From contig CAWCKH010000004.1 in the NCBI GenBank assembly GCA_963796055.1, forward strand, positions 2,624,001 to 2,688,000: a stretch of DNA of 64,000 bases, given 5' to 3'. A program made the position numbers and the translations under genes. The notes under the pieces are model-generated. The model did no database searches, was not told where the DNA came from, and saw only the letters and a list, made by a program, of their open reading frames with translations. Positions 31,118 to 43,083 of the stretch are shown in pieces; the first letter of the stretch is position 1; each line of letters starts with the position of its first letter. Source of the DNA: an uncultured delta proteobacterium. GTDB taxonomy: Bacteria; Myxococcota; Myxococcia; Myxococcales; Myxococcaceae.

Positions 31118-31501
31118 TCACCAGTGGTCCGGTCCCCGGCGCTCCGCCTTCCGCCGCCCGAGCCGCTTCTTGGCCTCGAGCCGACGCTCCTTCGCCCCCC
31201 GGGACGGTCGGGTGGGCCGTCTCGGCTTGTTCACCCGGGTGAGGCCGACCAGGGCGGCACGCAGCCGCTCGAGCGCGGCGCCGCGGTTCCGGGCCTGGCT
31301 GCGGCGCTCGGTCGCGGTGACGGTCACTCCCGTCGGCGGGTGGACCAGGCGGACGGCGGAGGCGGTCTTGTTGCGATGCTGGCCGCCGGGACCGCTGCCG
31401 ACGAAGGTGGAGACCTCGCAGGTGCCGAGCAGGGCTGCGTCGTCCAGCGCGAGCGCCGCCCGTGCTGCCGCGCGACGTGCATCCTGAGGGTGAGGCTCCA
31501 T
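31118..31501 (-). CDS. Peptidyl-tRNA hydrolase / ArfB-like release-factor homologue
   Basis: [12 protein letters not shown] (GGQ motif), ERRSQARNR, basic tail [19 protein letters not shown]. Confidence 0.88.
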   Translation of the reverse strand: MEPHPQDARRAAARAALALDDAALLGTCEVSTFVGSGPGGQHRNKTASAVRLVHPPTGVTVTATERRSQARNRGAALERLRAALVGLTRVNKPRRPTRPSRGAKERRLEAKKRLGRRKAERRGPDHW

Positions 31502-31609
31502 GCCGGCCTTCGGTGTACCAGGAACTCGCCTGCCTGCTCCGGAACGACGAGGAGAGGCGGCCAGGGGGTGCAGAGGGCCTGTCGTCCTGTTAGCACCGGC
31601 CGCTCCCCC

Positions 31610-34600
31610 ATGCATCGGATCCACCTCGAGGGTGCCCGCACCCACAACCTCGCGGGCGTCAGCGTCGAGCTGCTGGCCGGAGAGCTCACCGCCGTCACCG
31701 GTGTGTCCGGCAGCGGCAAGAGCAGCCTCGCGGTGGATACCCTGTACGCCGAAGGACAGCGGCGCTTCGTCGAGAGCTTCAGCCCCTACGCCCGTCAGTT
31801 CCTGGAGCGGCTCGAGCGGCCACCCATGGACCGGCTCGAGCCGGTGGCCGCCGGCATCGCCGTCGACCGCCGCACCAGCGTGAAGAGCTCACGCTCCACC
31901 GTCGCCACCCTGGCCGACCTCGAGGCCTACTTCTCGGCGCTCTTCACCCGCGAGGCGCTTCCACTGTGCCCCGACCACCGGGTGGAGGCCGTTCGCCGCG
32001 ACCCGGACTCCGCCGCCGAGGCGCTGGTGAAGGAGCACGCCGGGGCTCCGGTGATCCTGACCTTCCCGGTCCGGGTGCCCGACACCGAGACGTTCATCGG
32101 CGTGCGGGCGCGGCTCCTCGGGGATGGGTTCCGACGGCTGCTCCTCGCTGGCGAGGTGCGCCCGCTGGAGGAGCTTCGCCCGGCGGAGGCGATGGGCGCC
32201 GCGGGCCAGGCGGACGTGGTCGTCGATCGGCTCACCCTGTCGAGGAGCACCCGGGGGCGTCTCGCCGCCTCGCTCGAGCAGGCGTGGGCCGAGGGGCACG
32301 GCGAGGCGCATCTCTGGAGCGCCGCGCAGCGGCGCGCGGTGAGGCAGGGACTGGTCTGCCCGGTCTGCGCGCGCGGCTTCGAGCCGGCCCGTCCCGGCCT
32401 GTTCAGCTACCAGTCCCCGGTGGGGGCCTGTCCCGCCTGCCGCGGCTTCGGCCGTACCCTGGACATCGACTGGGCGAAGGTCATCCCCGACGTGGCGCTG
32501 AGCATCGAGGGTGGAGCGCTGCGCCCCTGGAACGGGCGCTCGAGCGAGTGGGAGCGCGGGCAGCTGGTCCGGTTCGCGAAGTCGAACCGCATCCCGCTCG
32601 ACGTGCCGTGGCGAGACCTCCGGCCCGAGCAGCGCGAGGCGGTGCTCGAGGGCGAGGGCGAGTACCGCGGCGGCCGGTATCCCGGGTTGCGGGCCTGGTT
32701 TCGCTGGATGGAGTCGCGCACCTACAAGATGCACGTGCGCGTGCTTCTCAGCCGCTACCGCGCGTACACCGTGTGCACGACGTGCATGGGTGCCCGGCTC
32801 AACCCCCACGCGCTCCGCTACCGCGTGGGCGGCCTCGACCTCGCCGCTTGGCACCGGCTGGAGGTGGCGGAGGCGCACCACCGCCTCGAGTCGCTGTCCA
32901 CGCGCACCGGGCAAGGAGAGCTGGCCCGCCGCGAGCTGGTGAACCGGCTGGGATGGCTGGTCCGGGTGGGCCTCGGCTACCTCGGCCTCGACCGACAGAG
33001 CCGCACCCTCTCCGGAGGCGAGGCGCAGCGCGTCTCGCTCACCGCCGCGCTCGGTACCGGGCTCACCGGCGCGCTGTTCGTGCTCGACGAACCGACGGTC
33101 GGGCTGCACCCCTCGGACCTTCCCGCCGCTCACCACCGCGCTGGGGGAGCTCGCCCGGCGCGGCAACGCGGTGCTGGTCCTCGAGCACGACCCGGCGCTC
33201 GTCCGGGCCAGCGACCGGGTCCTGGAGCTCGGCCCCGGCGCGGGGCCCGAGGGCGGCCGGCTGTGCTTCGACGGGACGCCTGCCGCGCTCGAGCGTCGCA
33301 GCGACTTGGCCACCGGGCGGATCCTCGCCGGAATGCGCGCCCATCCCCGTTCGCGCCGCCCGCCCGCGGGATGGATCGACGTCCGCGGCGCCTCCGCCAA
33401 CAACCTGGCCGGGCTCGACGTCCGCCTTCCGCTCGGCGTCCTGGCGGCGGTCTGCGGACCGAGCGGCTCGGGAAAGAGCACGCTCGCCGAGGAGGTCGTC
33501 CACCGGAGCCTGGCCCGCGCGCTCGGGCAGGCCGACGTCGAGCCCCCGGGGAAAGTCCGCTCCGTGCGCGCGGGGCTGCCGCTCGCCCGGGTGGTCCTGG
33601 TCGATCAGGCGCCGCTCGGCCGCACCTCGCGCGGGAACGCGGCGACCTACACCAAGGCCTGGGACGCGTTCCGGAAGCGCTTCGCCGCCGAGCCAGACGC
33701 GGTGCTCCGCGGCTTCGGCCCCGCCCACTTCTCGTTCAACGTCGACGGCGGGCGCTGCGAGGCCTGCTCCGGGGAGGGGAGCGAGACGGTGGAGATGCAG
33801 TTCCTCGCCGACGTGGCGCTCACCTGCCCGAGCTGCCGGGGCCGGCGCTTCAAGCCCGAGGTGCTCGAGGTGCGGCTGAAGGGACATGCCGTCTCGGAGG
33901 TGCTGGCGATGACCGTCGACCAGGCCCTGTCGGCCTTCGGGGACGAGCGGGCCATCGTCGAAGCGCTGGGACCGCTGCACCAGCTCGGACTGGGGTACCT
34001 GCCCATCGGCCAGCCGCTGTCCACGCTCTCGGGCGGTGAGGCGCAGCGGGTGAAGCTCGCCCGCGCGCTCGGCGGTGCGCAGCAGGGCGTGCTCTACGTG
34101 CTCGACGAGCCCAGCGCCGGGCTCCACGGGGAGGACGTGGCGCGGGTGCTCGAGGCGCTGCACGGGCTGGTGGACGCCGGGGCGAGCGTGCTGGTCGTCG
34201 ACCACGACCTGGACCTCCTCCGCGCCTCCGACTGGCTGGTCGAGCTGGGCCCCGGCGGCGGGCGCGAAGGCGGACGGGTGGTGGTGGAAGGGCCGCCCGA
34301 GGATCGTGGCCCGGGGGACGACCCGGACCGGCGAGGCGCTCCGGGCGACCGGGTCGGCCCACGCACCGGCGGCGCTCCCCGGGCCCGGCGACGTCGCGCA
34401 CTGGCTAGAGGTGGAGCACGCCCGCGAGCACAACCTCGCCGACGTGAGCTGTCGCATCCCGCTCGGCAAGCTCGTCGTGCTGACCGGGCCCAGTGGCTCC
34501 GGCAAGTCGACGCTCGCCTTCGACGTGATCTTCGCCGAGGCGCAGCGCCGCTTCACCGAGACGCTGAGCCCGTACGCGCGCCAGTTCCTCCCCACCTTGC

Positions 34601-36883
34601 CCCGGCCGGACGTGGAGCGGATCCGCGGGCTGCCTCCAGCGGTCGCTCTCGAGCAGCGCACCGCGCGTGCCGGTGCCACCAGCACCGTCGCCACCGTGAC
34701 CGAGGTGGCCCACTACCTGCGGCTTCTCTTCGCCAAGCTGGGGACTCCTCACTGCCCCCATGACGACACCCCCATCGCCCCGCGCTCCATCGAGCAGCTC
34801 CTGGCCGAAGCCCGCGCCCTGCGGGGCACCGTCGAGCTCCTCGCGCCGGTGGTGCGGGCGCGGAAGGGCACCTACCTCGACGTCTTCACCGCCGCGGCCC
34901 GCGCCGGGGTGAAGGAGGCCCTCTGCGACGGCGAGCGGGTCTCTACCGACGCACCCCCGAAGCTGGCCAGGAGCCGGGAGCACACCATCGACCTGGTGGT
35001 CTGGACGGGACCTGCCCCGGAGATCCCCGAGGAGGCCTTTCGAGCGAGCGCTGCGCTGGGGCCAGGAGGCGGTGAAGGTGCTGCGCGCCGGACGCGAGAA
35101 GCTGCTCTCGTCCGAGCGCAGCTGCCCCCGGTGCGGCACCGCCGTCCCCGAGCTGGACCCGCGGTGGTTCTCCTTCAACACCGCGCAGGGGCGCTGCGAG
35201 CACTGCGAGGGCACCGGCCTGGAGGGCGCCGGGGTCGAGGGCGAGTCCACCGAGCCGTGCCATTCCTGTCTCGGGACGCGGCTCCAGCCGGTGCCGCGCG
35301 GGGTGCGCCTCTTCGGTCGCCGTTACCCCGAGGTGGTGCAGCAGCCGGTGGTGCGCGCCCTGGAGCAGGTCCGCCGCTGGTCGTTCTCCGGAGATGCGGC
35401 CCGCATCGGGGGGGCGGCGCTGGGTGAGCTGGTGCGCCGGCTGGAGTTCCTCGAGCGGGTGGGCCTGGGCTACCTGTCGCTCGACCGCGCCGCGGCCACG
35501 CTCAGCGGGGGAGAGATGCAGCGGCTCCGGCTCTCGGCCCAGGCCGGCGCGGGGCTCACCGGCGCGCTCTACGTCCTGGACGAGCCCACCATCGGGCTCC
35601 ACCCGCGCGACACCGCGCGGCTGCTGCAGAACCTGCGCGCGCTGGTCGACACCGGGAGCACGGTGCTGGTGGTGGAGCACGACCTGGACACGCTCCGCGC
35701 CGCCGACCACCTGGTCGACCTCGGCCCCGGGGGTGGCCGGCTCGGAGGCCGCATCGTGGCGTCCGGGACTCCCGCGGACGTCCTGGCCTCGGACGCGTCG
35801 CCGACGGCACGCGCGCTCCAGCTGCCGGTGCGTGGCCTCCGGCCGATCCGTCCGCCCGCCCGCGACTGGCTCCGCCTCGACGGAGCCCGGTGCCACAACC
35901 TGCGCGGGGTGGACCTCGCCCTTCCCCTCGGACGGATGACGGTGGTGGCCGGCGTGTCCGGATCGGGCAAGAGCACCCTGGTCCGACGGGTGCTGTTCCC
36001 CGCGGTACGCGAGGCGCTCGGCCGCACCACGCCACCTCCCGGTCCGTTCCGCCGGCTGTCCGGGCTGGGGGCGCTCCGCCGGGTGCTGGCGGTGGACCAG
36101 TCTCCCATCGGCCGGACGCCCCGCAGCGTTCCCGCCACCTTCCTCGGCATCTGGGACGAGCTGCGGCGGGTGTACGCCGGCACTCCCGAGGCGCGGGCCC
36201 GGGGCTACGGTCCGGCCCGCTTCTCCTTCAACTCGGCCGGTGGAGGACGCTGCCCGGCCTGCGCGGGGCAGGGGAGCATCAGCCACGAGATGTCGTTCCT
36301 CCCCGACGTCACCACGCCCTGCGAGGCCTGCGGCGGAGCGCGGTTCGAGCCGTCCACCCTGGAGGTGCGCTGGCGGGGACTCAACGTCGGCGAGACGCTG
36401 CGGCTCACCGTCGACGAGGCGCTGGAGGCGTTCTCCGCGCTGCCGCGGGTGGCGGGCCCGCTGCGCTGCCTGTCGGAGCTCGGCGTGGGCTACCTCCAGC
36501 TGGGCCAGGGGAGCCACACCCTCTCCGGGGGCGAGGCGCAGCGGCTGAAGCTCGCCGCCGAGCTCACTGCCACCGCCCGGCACGAGCCCACGCTCTACGT
36601 GCTGGACGAGCCCACCACCGGACTGCACCTCGCCGACGTGGCGAAGCTCCTCCGGGTGCTCGATCAGCTCGTCGCCCGGGGCGACACGCTGGTGGTCATC
36701 GAGCACCACCCGGTGGTCATCGCCGCGGCGGACCACGTGGTGGAGCTGGGCCCCGAGGGCGGCGAGGCCGGGGGACGCATCGTGGCCCAGGGCTCACCGC
36801 CTGAGGTGGCGCGGGCAGGCACCGCGACCGGGCCGGTCATCCGGGCAATCCTGGGAGACGAGCCGCGGCAGCGCGCTAGCTAG
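31610..36883 (+). CDS. uvrA: Double-length UvrA family protein (four ABC ATPase domains); three +1 frameshifts at ~33120, ~34304 and ~35039
   Basis: Four Walker A (GxSGSGKS), LSGGExQR and LDEP sets plus zinc fingers spread over ORFs 31124, 33171, 34075 and 35072; about 1756 aa once corrected. Confidence 0.9.
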
Positions 36884-36934
36884 GTCAGGGCGGCCGCAGT
36901 CAGCGATGCCCTACAGGCTCCTTGACCGCCGCGC

Positions 36935-37312
36935 CTAGCGGTGCCCCTTCTTGCTGGTGGTCTTCTTCGAGGAGGTGGTGGTCTTGGCGGGAGTGGGCGC
37001 CGGCTTCTTCTTCGGGTCCTCCACCTTCACTGGCTCGACCTTCCGCTCGGCGAGCAGCGCTTTCTCGCGCTCCAGGTCGCGGATCTTCAGCTCCAGCGCG
37101 GCCTGGGTCTTCGCCAGCTCCTTCACCTTGCCCTCGAGCGCGGCGGACCGCTCGCTCTCCTTGCGGAGCGCGACCTCGGCCTCGTCCTTGGCGCCCTTGA
37201 GGGTGCAGGAGCTCCAGCCGGCCACGACGATCGCCGCGACGAGGAGGATCCAGGGAAGCTTGGAAGGTCGAGAACGGCGCCACTCCGCCTCGAACTCGGC
37301 AGTTGTCGACAC
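36935..37312 (-). CDS. Hypothetical single-pass membrane coiled-coil protein
   Basis: TM helix, heptad-rich region, Lys/Thr-rich tail; GC3-rich codons. Confidence 0.7.
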   Translation of the reverse strand: MSTTAEFEAEWRRSRPSKLPWILLVAAIVVAGWSSCTLKGAKDEAEVALRKESERSAALEGKVKELAKTQAALELKIRDLEREKALLAERKVEPVKVEDPKKKPAPTPAKTTTSSKKTTSKKGHR

Positions 37313-37363
37313 GGGGGCATCACCTTAGCAGGCCAGCCCCTCCGTGCTAGTTCCCGGGGCGCC

Positions 37364-38179
37364 ATGGCCACCCTCGCGCACACCGAGTTGACGCAGGGTC
37401 CGCGCACCCCGGAGCGCTGGGTGGTGTTCCTTCATGGGCTCCTCGGCCGGGGCGGAAACTGGCGCTCCTTCGGCAGGAGGTGGGTGGAGAAACACCCGAC
37501 CTGGGGTGCGGCGCTGGTGGATCTGCGTCTCCACGGCGACTCCCGCACGGGCTTTGCTCCGCCGCACACCGTTCGCGCCGCGGCCGACGACGTGCTCGCG
37601 CTCGTTCCCGCGCTCCCCGGTCCGGTGGAGGCCCTGGTGGGACACTCGCTCGGGGGAAAGGTGGTCCTGGCCATCCAGCGCGCGAGCGGTCAGCGTTTCC
37701 CGCGCGCGGTGGTGCTCGATGCCTCCCCCGCCGCGCGGCCCGACGGGCTGGGGTCCGAGCAGAGCCGGGACGTGCTCGCGCTCCTCGCGCGGCTCCCGCG
37801 CACGTATGCGACGCGCACCGACTTCGTGGCCGCGGTCGAGGCCGGCGGCCAGCCCCGGCCCATCGCCCAGTGGCTGGCGATGGCCCTCCAGCCCGGTGAG
37901 CGCGGTTTCGTGCTCCCTCTGGACCTGCCCGGGCTCGAGTCGCTCTTCCGGAGCGTCCTCTCCGAGGACGACTGGGACGTCGTCGACTCGGTTCCGCCGG
38001 GGCACCGGCTGGGGTTCGTGGTGGGTGGCCGCTCGGGGGTGGTCGAGGGCGCGGCGCGCGAGCGACTCGCGGCGCTCGCCCCCATCGTGACGCTGGAAGA
38101 GATCCCCGGCGCGGGCCACTGGCTTCACGTCGACGCTCCGGAAGAGACCTTCGCCGCCGTCGAGCGGGTGCTCCGTTAG
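37364..38179 (+). CDS. Alpha/beta hydrolase (YbfF-like esterase)
   Basis: FLHGLLG, DLRLHGDS, GHSLGGK and AGHWLHVDAP motifs. Confidence 0.9.
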   Translation: MATLAHTELTQGPRTPERWVVFLHGLLGRGGNWRSFGRRWVEKHPTWGAALVDLRLHGDSRTGFAPPHTVRAAADDVLALVPALPGPVEALVGHSLGGKVVLAIQRASGQRFPRAVVLDASPAARPDGLGSEQSRDVLALLARLPRTYATRTDFVAAVEAGGQPRPIAQWLAMALQPGERGFVLPLDLPGLESLFRSVLSEDDWDVVDSVPPGHRLGFVVGGRSGVVEGAARERLAALAPIVTLEEIPGAGHWLHVDAPEETFAAVERVLR

Positions 38180-38187
38180 CCCCGCGC

Positions 38188-39522
38188 TCAGCGCGGCGCC
38201 CAGCCGAAGAACAGGTGGCAGAGGCTGGTGGCCGCCACGTAGCCGGCGAGGTCCGCCGTCAGGCAGGCCAACAGGGTGTGGCGCAGGACCCGGACCTGCA
38301 CGCTGCCGAAGTACACCGCGAGGACGTAGAAGGTGGTCTCGGTCCCGGCATTGAGCAGGCACACCAGGTAGCCGATGAACGAGTCGGGGCCGTGCGTCTT
38401 CATCGTCTCGCTCATCACCCCCAGCGCCCCGCTGCCGGACAGTGGCTTGATCAGCGCCATCGGCAGCGCCTCGGCCGGGAAGCCGAGCCGCGAGGTCACC
38501 GGGGAGAGCACGCCGATCAGCGCGTCCATCGCCCCGGAGGAGCGAAACATCGCGATTCCCACCAGGATCGCCACCAGGAAGGGGATGATGACGATGGCGA
38601 TCTGGAAGCCCTCCTTCGCTCCGGCGATGAAGACCTCGTAGATCTTCACCCGTCGGGCGACCCCGAAGAGGACGATGGCCAGCATGATGGTGGGGAGGGT
38701 CCACTCGCTCATCAGCCTCCGGAGGAGCTCGAAGCCGGGGTGATCGGCACGCAGCCGCACCACCTCCCGGACGAGTGCGACCACGAACAGCGCCAGCAGA
38801 CCCAGGGCGAAGGCCCGCCAGCCGGGGCTCGCCGGGGCGTGGTCCACCGCCAGCTTCTCGGCGCTGGCCAGGGCCGCCGCGTCCGGACCCTTCGGTGCGG
38901 TTCCGGTCTCCCGCGGCGACTCGGCCGCGTAGCGCTCGGGGCGGAACCGCGGGCTGCGCTCGAGCAGCTTGGCGACGATCACCGCGGTGATCGCCGCCGA
39001 GAACGTGGAGAGGAAGGAGGGCAGGACGATGCCCGCCGGGTCCTTCGACCCGAGGGCTGCCCGGACCGCCACCGCTCCCAGGGGGAGGATGGCGACGCCC
39101 GCGGCGTTGATGGCCAGGAACAGCGCCATCGAGTTCGTCGCCACGCCCGGGTACCGGTTGAGGGTGTTGAGCTCGGTCATCGCCTTGAGCCCGAAGGGAG
39201 TGGCGGCGTTTCCGAGCCCGAGCATGTTCGCCGCGAGGTTGAGAATCATCGAGCCCATCGCGGGGTGATCCTCGGGGACCTCCGGGAACAGCCGGCGCAT
39301 GAGCGGTCGCAGCCCCCGGGCGATGGACCGCATCAGTCCACCCTCGCGAACGATGGCCATCATCCCCAGCCAGAGGGCCATCTGGCCGATGAGACCCAGG
39401 GCGAGATCCACCGAGGCCTTGGCCGCGGTGAGCGAGGCCTCGGTCACCTGGGGCATGGTGCCGCGAAAGGCTGCCGTGAGGACGGAGCCCGCGATGAGGA
39501 CGAAGAAGATGCCGTTGAGCAC
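38188..39522 (-). CDS. Fused SpmA/SpmB nucleoside-recognition (Gate) membrane protein
   Basis: ANMLGLGNAATPFGLKAM, KPLSGSGA and TETTFYVLAVYFGSV motifs. Confidence 0.9.
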   Translation of the reverse strand: MLNGIFFVLIAGSVLTAAFRGTMPQVTEASLTAAKASVDLALGLIGQMALWLGMMAIVREGGLMRSIARGLRPLMRRLFPEVPEDHPAMGSMILNLAANMLGLGNAATPFGLKAMTELNTLNRYPGVATNSMALFLAINAAGVAILPLGAVAVRAALGSKDPAGIVLPSFLSTFSAAITAVIVAKLLERSPRFRPERYAAESPRETGTAPKGPDAAALASAEKLAVDHAPASPGWRAFALGLLALFVVALVREVVRLRADHPGFELLRRLMSEWTLPTIMLAIVLFGVARRVKIYEVFIAGAKEGFQIAIVIIPFLVAILVGIAMFRSSGAMDALIGVLSPVTSRLGFPAEALPMALIKPLSGSGALGVMSETMKTHGPDSFIGYLVCLLNAGTETTFYVLAVYFGSVQVRVLRHTLLACLTADLAGYVAATSLCHLFFGWAPR

Positions 39523-39630
39523 GGGGTTTCAGCACCCTAGCAGCGGTCCCGGACGCGACCGACCCCTCGCCGGGTGCGCGGAATGCAGCGAGCCGGCCTG
39601 ATCCGGTCGTTGGACGGTGAACGGGCCGGT

Positions 39631-39660
39631 TTGCCGCCCCCGAGCCGCGCGCGCTAATCT
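39631..39660 (+). promoter_or_regulatory. Possible sigma70-type promoter for the kinase/activator operon
   Basis: TTGCCG-N18-TAATCT, about 30 nt before the ATG at 39690. Confidence 0.35.
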
Positions 39661-39689
39661 TGCCCGGCCGTTTCCTCCGGGAGACAGCA

Positions 39690-41570
39690 ATGGCTCGCGA
39701 GGCCCCACCAGGAGAGGTGTGTCGCCAGGCGCCCATCCAGGGACGCACCGCGAGCGCCACGCCTGACGACGGGGTGGGAGGGCCGGTTCCGCGCCTTCCC
39801 CGTGGGGCCACCCTCGGCCGCTATGTCGTGCTGGACTGCCTGGGCAGCGGCGGCATGGGCGTCGTCTACCGAGCCCACGACTTCACACTCGACCGGCGCG
39901 TCTCGCTGAAGCTCCTCCGCGCCTCGGGGAAGGACCCGGAAACCCGGCGCGAGCGGCTGGTCTCCGAGGCGCAGGCGCTCGCCCGGGTGTCCCATCCCAA
40001 CGTGCTGGCGGTCCACGACGTCGGCACCTGGGAGGAGGAGGTCTACCTCGCGCTGGAGCACGTGGAGGGCGAAACGCTCCGGAGCTGGCTCGATCGCGCT
40101 CCCCGGAGCCCGGCGGAGATCCGGGGGATGTTCCTCCAGGCCGCACGCGGACTGCAGGCCATCCACGAGGCCGGGCTGGTGCACCGGGACGTGAAGCCCG
40201 AGAACCTCCTGCTGGGCCGCGACGGACGGGTCCGGGTGGCGGATCTCGGGCTGGCCATCACCGCCGGAAGCGCCGGGTCTGCGCCCGCCCGCGAGACGCT
40301 CCGCCCCGGCACGCCCGGGTACATGCCGCTGGAGCAGCACCGGGGCGAACCGCTCGATGCCCGCGCCGACCAGTTCAGCCTGGCGGTGGCGATCTACGAG
40401 GCCCTGGTGGGTCACCGGCCGTATGGAAGCCGGGGCGCCTCACGCGAGGCGCTCGAGGCGCGGCTGGCGCGTGGCCCGGGGGTGGAGGTGCCGCGGTCGT
40501 CCGCCATTCCGCCACGGCTCCGCCGGGCCCTCGCTGCCTCGCTGAACCCGGACCGCGCGCAGCGTCCGCCCTCGCTCGCGCCACTCATCGATGCGCTCGG
40601 CGCGCCCGGGGTGCAGGCCAGGGGCACGCTGGGTGGATTCGGCGCGGTCGCCGTCTCGCTGGGGCTGCTGCTCCTGGCGATGATCCGGGGAAGCGCCGCC
40701 CCGGTTGCCACCGCCGAGGCGGCGACCTGGCTTCCCCCGGCGTACGAGTTCCAGGCCGGGGGTGTGGAGCCAGCGCCGGAAATATTGCCAGGGCGCTCGG
40801 GCAACCCGCTGCCTGGTCCGAGCGGCGCCGGGGCCCGCGAGGGCAAGTCGCCCGGCCGGGGCGCGGAGTTCAGCCTGGCTGCACCGCGGGCGAGCTGGTC
40901 CGCGGCGCCGGTGCGCGGCCCGGAGGTGCTGACGATTGGCCGCCGTGCCGAGGAGCCCGGGGTCGCCGCCCCGCCGTCGCCTGCCTCGGGGCTCGACGTC
41001 GATCGCCTGGCGGAGCTCCGCGGACTGGTCCAGGCGTTGTACCGCGCGCTCACCGAGCCGCGGGAGGGCACCGCTGGCCCGCTCCTCGCGCTCTCGCCCA
41101 CTCCGGGGAGCGGGGCGAACGCTCCGTCCACCGGCGCGCCCGCCACCGGCACCGCTCCACTCCAGATCGCCTCCAGCGCTTCCGTGGGCGGCTCGGGGCC
41201 GGACTACTTGGATCCCTCGAGTCAGACCATCGCGGCGATCGAACGCCGCCTGAATCAGCAGGTCCGCAACAGACGGAGCCCGCCGGAGATCGCGGAGACG
41301 CGGTTCGTGCTCGCCCAGGCGATCTGGAACTCGAGTGACGCCGAGCCGGCACAAAACCGTGCGCTGAACCTGGCGCGCGAGAGCAAGGCGGCGCTCGATG
41401 CGCTGTCGGATCACGATACGACCGTGCTCGAGCTCCGGGAGGCCGTGAACGACTGGATCACGGACCGCGAAGGTCGGATCGACAAGCCCAGCCATTACAT
41501 CGGGACGCGGTTGAACGAGCTCAAGCTCGTGCCGGCGGAGGATGTCAAGCCCACCGATTTCGCTCCCTGA
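39690..41570 (+). CDS. Membrane-anchored Ser/Thr protein kinase
   Basis: [25 protein letters not shown] and [10 protein letters not shown] motifs; TM segment [16 protein letters not shown]. Confidence 0.92.
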   Translation: MAREAPPGEVCRQAPIQGRTASATPDDGVGGPVPRLPRGATLGRYVVLDCLGSGGMGVVYRAHDFTLDRRVSLKLLRASGKDPETRRERLVSEAQALARVSHPNVLAVHDVGTWEEEVYLALEHVEGETLRSWLDRAPRSPAEIRGMFLQAARGLQAIHEAGLVHRDVKPENLLLGRDGRVRVADLGLAITAGSAGSAPARETLRPGTPGYMPLEQHRGEPLDARADQFSLAVAIYEALVGHRPYGSRGASREALEARLARGPGVEVPRSSAIPPRLRRALAASLNPDRAQRPPSLAPLIDALGAPGVQARGTLGGFGAVAVSLGLLLLAMIRGSAAPVATAEAATWLPPAYEFQAGGVEPAPEILPGRSGNPLPGPSGAGAREGKSPGRGAEFSLAAPRASWSAAPVRGPEVLTIGRRAEEPGVAAPPSPASGLDVDRLAELRGLVQALYRALTEPREGTAGPLLALSPTPGSGANAPSTGAPATGTAPLQIASSASVGGSGPDYLDPSSQTIAAIERRLNQQVRNRRSPPEIAETRFVLAQAIWNSSDAEPAQNRALNLARESKAALDALSDHDTTVLELREAVNDWITDREGRIDKPSHYIGTRLNELKLVPAEDVKPTDFAP

Positions 41571-42951
41571 CGTGTCCCGCTCCAACGCCACGAGGTCCGA
41601 GACCGATGGCCGGCCGTCGTCTCGCCCTGCCCGGACCAGCCAGCTGGTGGTCGCGCTCTCCTGTGACCGGCCACTCGATGCGCCGCGCGCGGTCGAGCTG
41701 CCCCCAACCGCCGAGGTGTGGCTGGGCCGTGCCCCACCCGACGCGCCGTCCGGAGTGATCAGGCTCAGCTTCGCGGACGACCGGATGTCGGCGCTCCACG
41801 CACGGCTCCGGCGGGTCCTCGGGCGCTGGGTCATCGAGGACGCCGGGAGCAAGAACGGCCTGCGCGTCCAGGGGACGCAGCAGCGCCGCGCGGTCCTCAA
41901 CCCCGGGGACGTCATCGAGTGCGGCCAGACCTTCCTGGTCTTCGAGGAGCACGCAGCCGCCGACGAGCCCCCGCAGTCGCTTCCCGCCGGGGCCGCAGAG
42001 CTCGGCTGCCAGAGCTTCCAGCCGGACCTGCTCGCCGCCTGGTCGGCGCTGGCCCGGGTGGCGCCCACCCGGGTGCTGGTGATGCTGCAGGGCGAGACGG
42101 GCACCGGAAAGGAGCTCGCCGCGCGCGCTCTCCACGTCTGGTCCGGCCGCGCCGGGCCCTTCGTGGCGGTGAACTGCGGGGCGCTTCCGGAGCAGCTGGC
42201 CGAGAGCGAGCTCTTCGGCGTGCGGCGCGGCGCCTTCACCGGTGCGGTGGAGGATCGACCGGGCCTGATCCGCGCCTCGAGCGGCGGCACGCTGCTGCTG
42301 GACGAGGTGGGCGAGCTGCCGGCCGGTCTGCAAGTGAAGCTGCTCCGGGTGCTCCAGGAGAACGAGGTGCAGCCGCTGGGTGCGGCACAGCCGGTCCGGG
42401 TCGACCTGCGCGTCGTTACCGCCACGCACCGGGACCTCGCGGCGCTGGTGGAGGAGGGAACCTTCCGCGGGGACCTCTTCGCCCGGCTCACCGGGCTCGA
42501 GGTGGAGCTGCCGCCGCTCCGGGACCGGCGGGCCGACCTGGGCCTGCTGATCCCCACCTTGCTTCGACGCGCCGGGGCGGACCCCGGCGTGCGCTTCTCG
42601 CGCGAGGCGGGTCGGGCGCTGTTCCGCTGGAGCTGGCCGCACAACGTCCGCGAGCTGGAGAAGGCGCTGGCGCTGGCGGTGGCGCTGTCGGGACACGGAC
42701 GGATCGAGCTGGTCCATCTCCCCGAGCCGGTGCGCACCGCCCCCGAAGCCCGTGCGGATCCGATGGCCGGCCGCACGATGCGCCCGCTGAGCGAGGCGGA
42801 TGTCACCCGCCGGACCGAGCTCATCGAGCTGCTCCGCGCCCACCGCGGAAACGTGAGCGCGGTCGCGCGTCAGATGGGGGTGGCGCGGATGCAGATCCAG
42901 CGGTGGTGCCGGCGGTTCCACCTGGACCCGGCGAGCTTCCGCGCGGCCTGA
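41542..42951 (+). CDS. FHA-domain sigma54-dependent enhancer-binding protein
   Basis: FHA motifs [46 protein letters not shown]-terminal Fis-type HTH. Confidence 0.93.
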   Translation: MSSPPISLPDVSRSNATRSETDGRPSSRPARTSQLVVALSCDRPLDAPRAVELPPTAEVWLGRAPPDAPSGVIRLSFADDRMSALHARLRRVLGRWVIEDAGSKNGLRVQGTQQRRAVLNPGDVIECGQTFLVFEEHAAADEPPQSLPAGAAELGCQSFQPDLLAAWSALARVAPTRVLVMLQGETGTGKELAARALHVWSGRAGPFVAVNCGALPEQLAESELFGVRRGAFTGAVEDRPGLIRASSGGTLLLDEVGELPAGLQVKLLRVLQENEVQPLGAAQPVRVDLRVVTATHRDLAALVEEGTFRGDLFARLTGLEVELPPLRDRRADLGLLIPTLLRRAGADPGVRFSREAGRALFRWSWPHNVRELEKALALAVALSGHGRIELVHLPEPVRTAPEARADPMAGRTMRPLSEADVTRRTELIELLRAHRGNVSAVARQMGVARMQIQRWCRRFHLDPASFRAA

Positions 42952-42959
42952 CCCGAGGG

Positions 42960-43012
42960 GGTGCAACACCCGGCGGTGCAACACCTGCTCCAGGGTGCAA
43001 CGTGTTGCACCC
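42960..43012 (+). promoter_or_regulatory. Putative enhancer (UAS) array
   Basis: GGTGCAACACC at 42960-42970 and 42975-42985; inverted repeat GGGTGCAAC-GT-GTTGCACCC at 42993-43012. Confidence 0.75.
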
Positions 43013-43056
43013 GGCCCCGCTGGTACCGTTGTCCCAGGCAAATCGCCGCCCCGGAC

Positions 43057-43073
43057 CCGGCATGCCGACTGCA
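43057..43073 (+). promoter_or_regulatory. Putative sigma54 -24/-12 promoter
   Basis: CCGGCATGCCGACTGCA: GG(43059-60)-N10-GC(43071-72), similar to the TGGCACG-N4-TTGCW consensus. Confidence 0.65.
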
Positions 43074-43083
43074 CTCGGCTGGG

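Noticed and set aside
38188..39522. SpmAB as evidence of endospore formation
   Set aside because: Fused SpmA/B homologues are common in bacteria that do not form endospores.
42960..43012. Repeats considered as a mini CRISPR array
   Set aside because: Repeats are 9-11 bp with 2-7 bp gaps and there are no cas genes; they fit protein-binding sites better.
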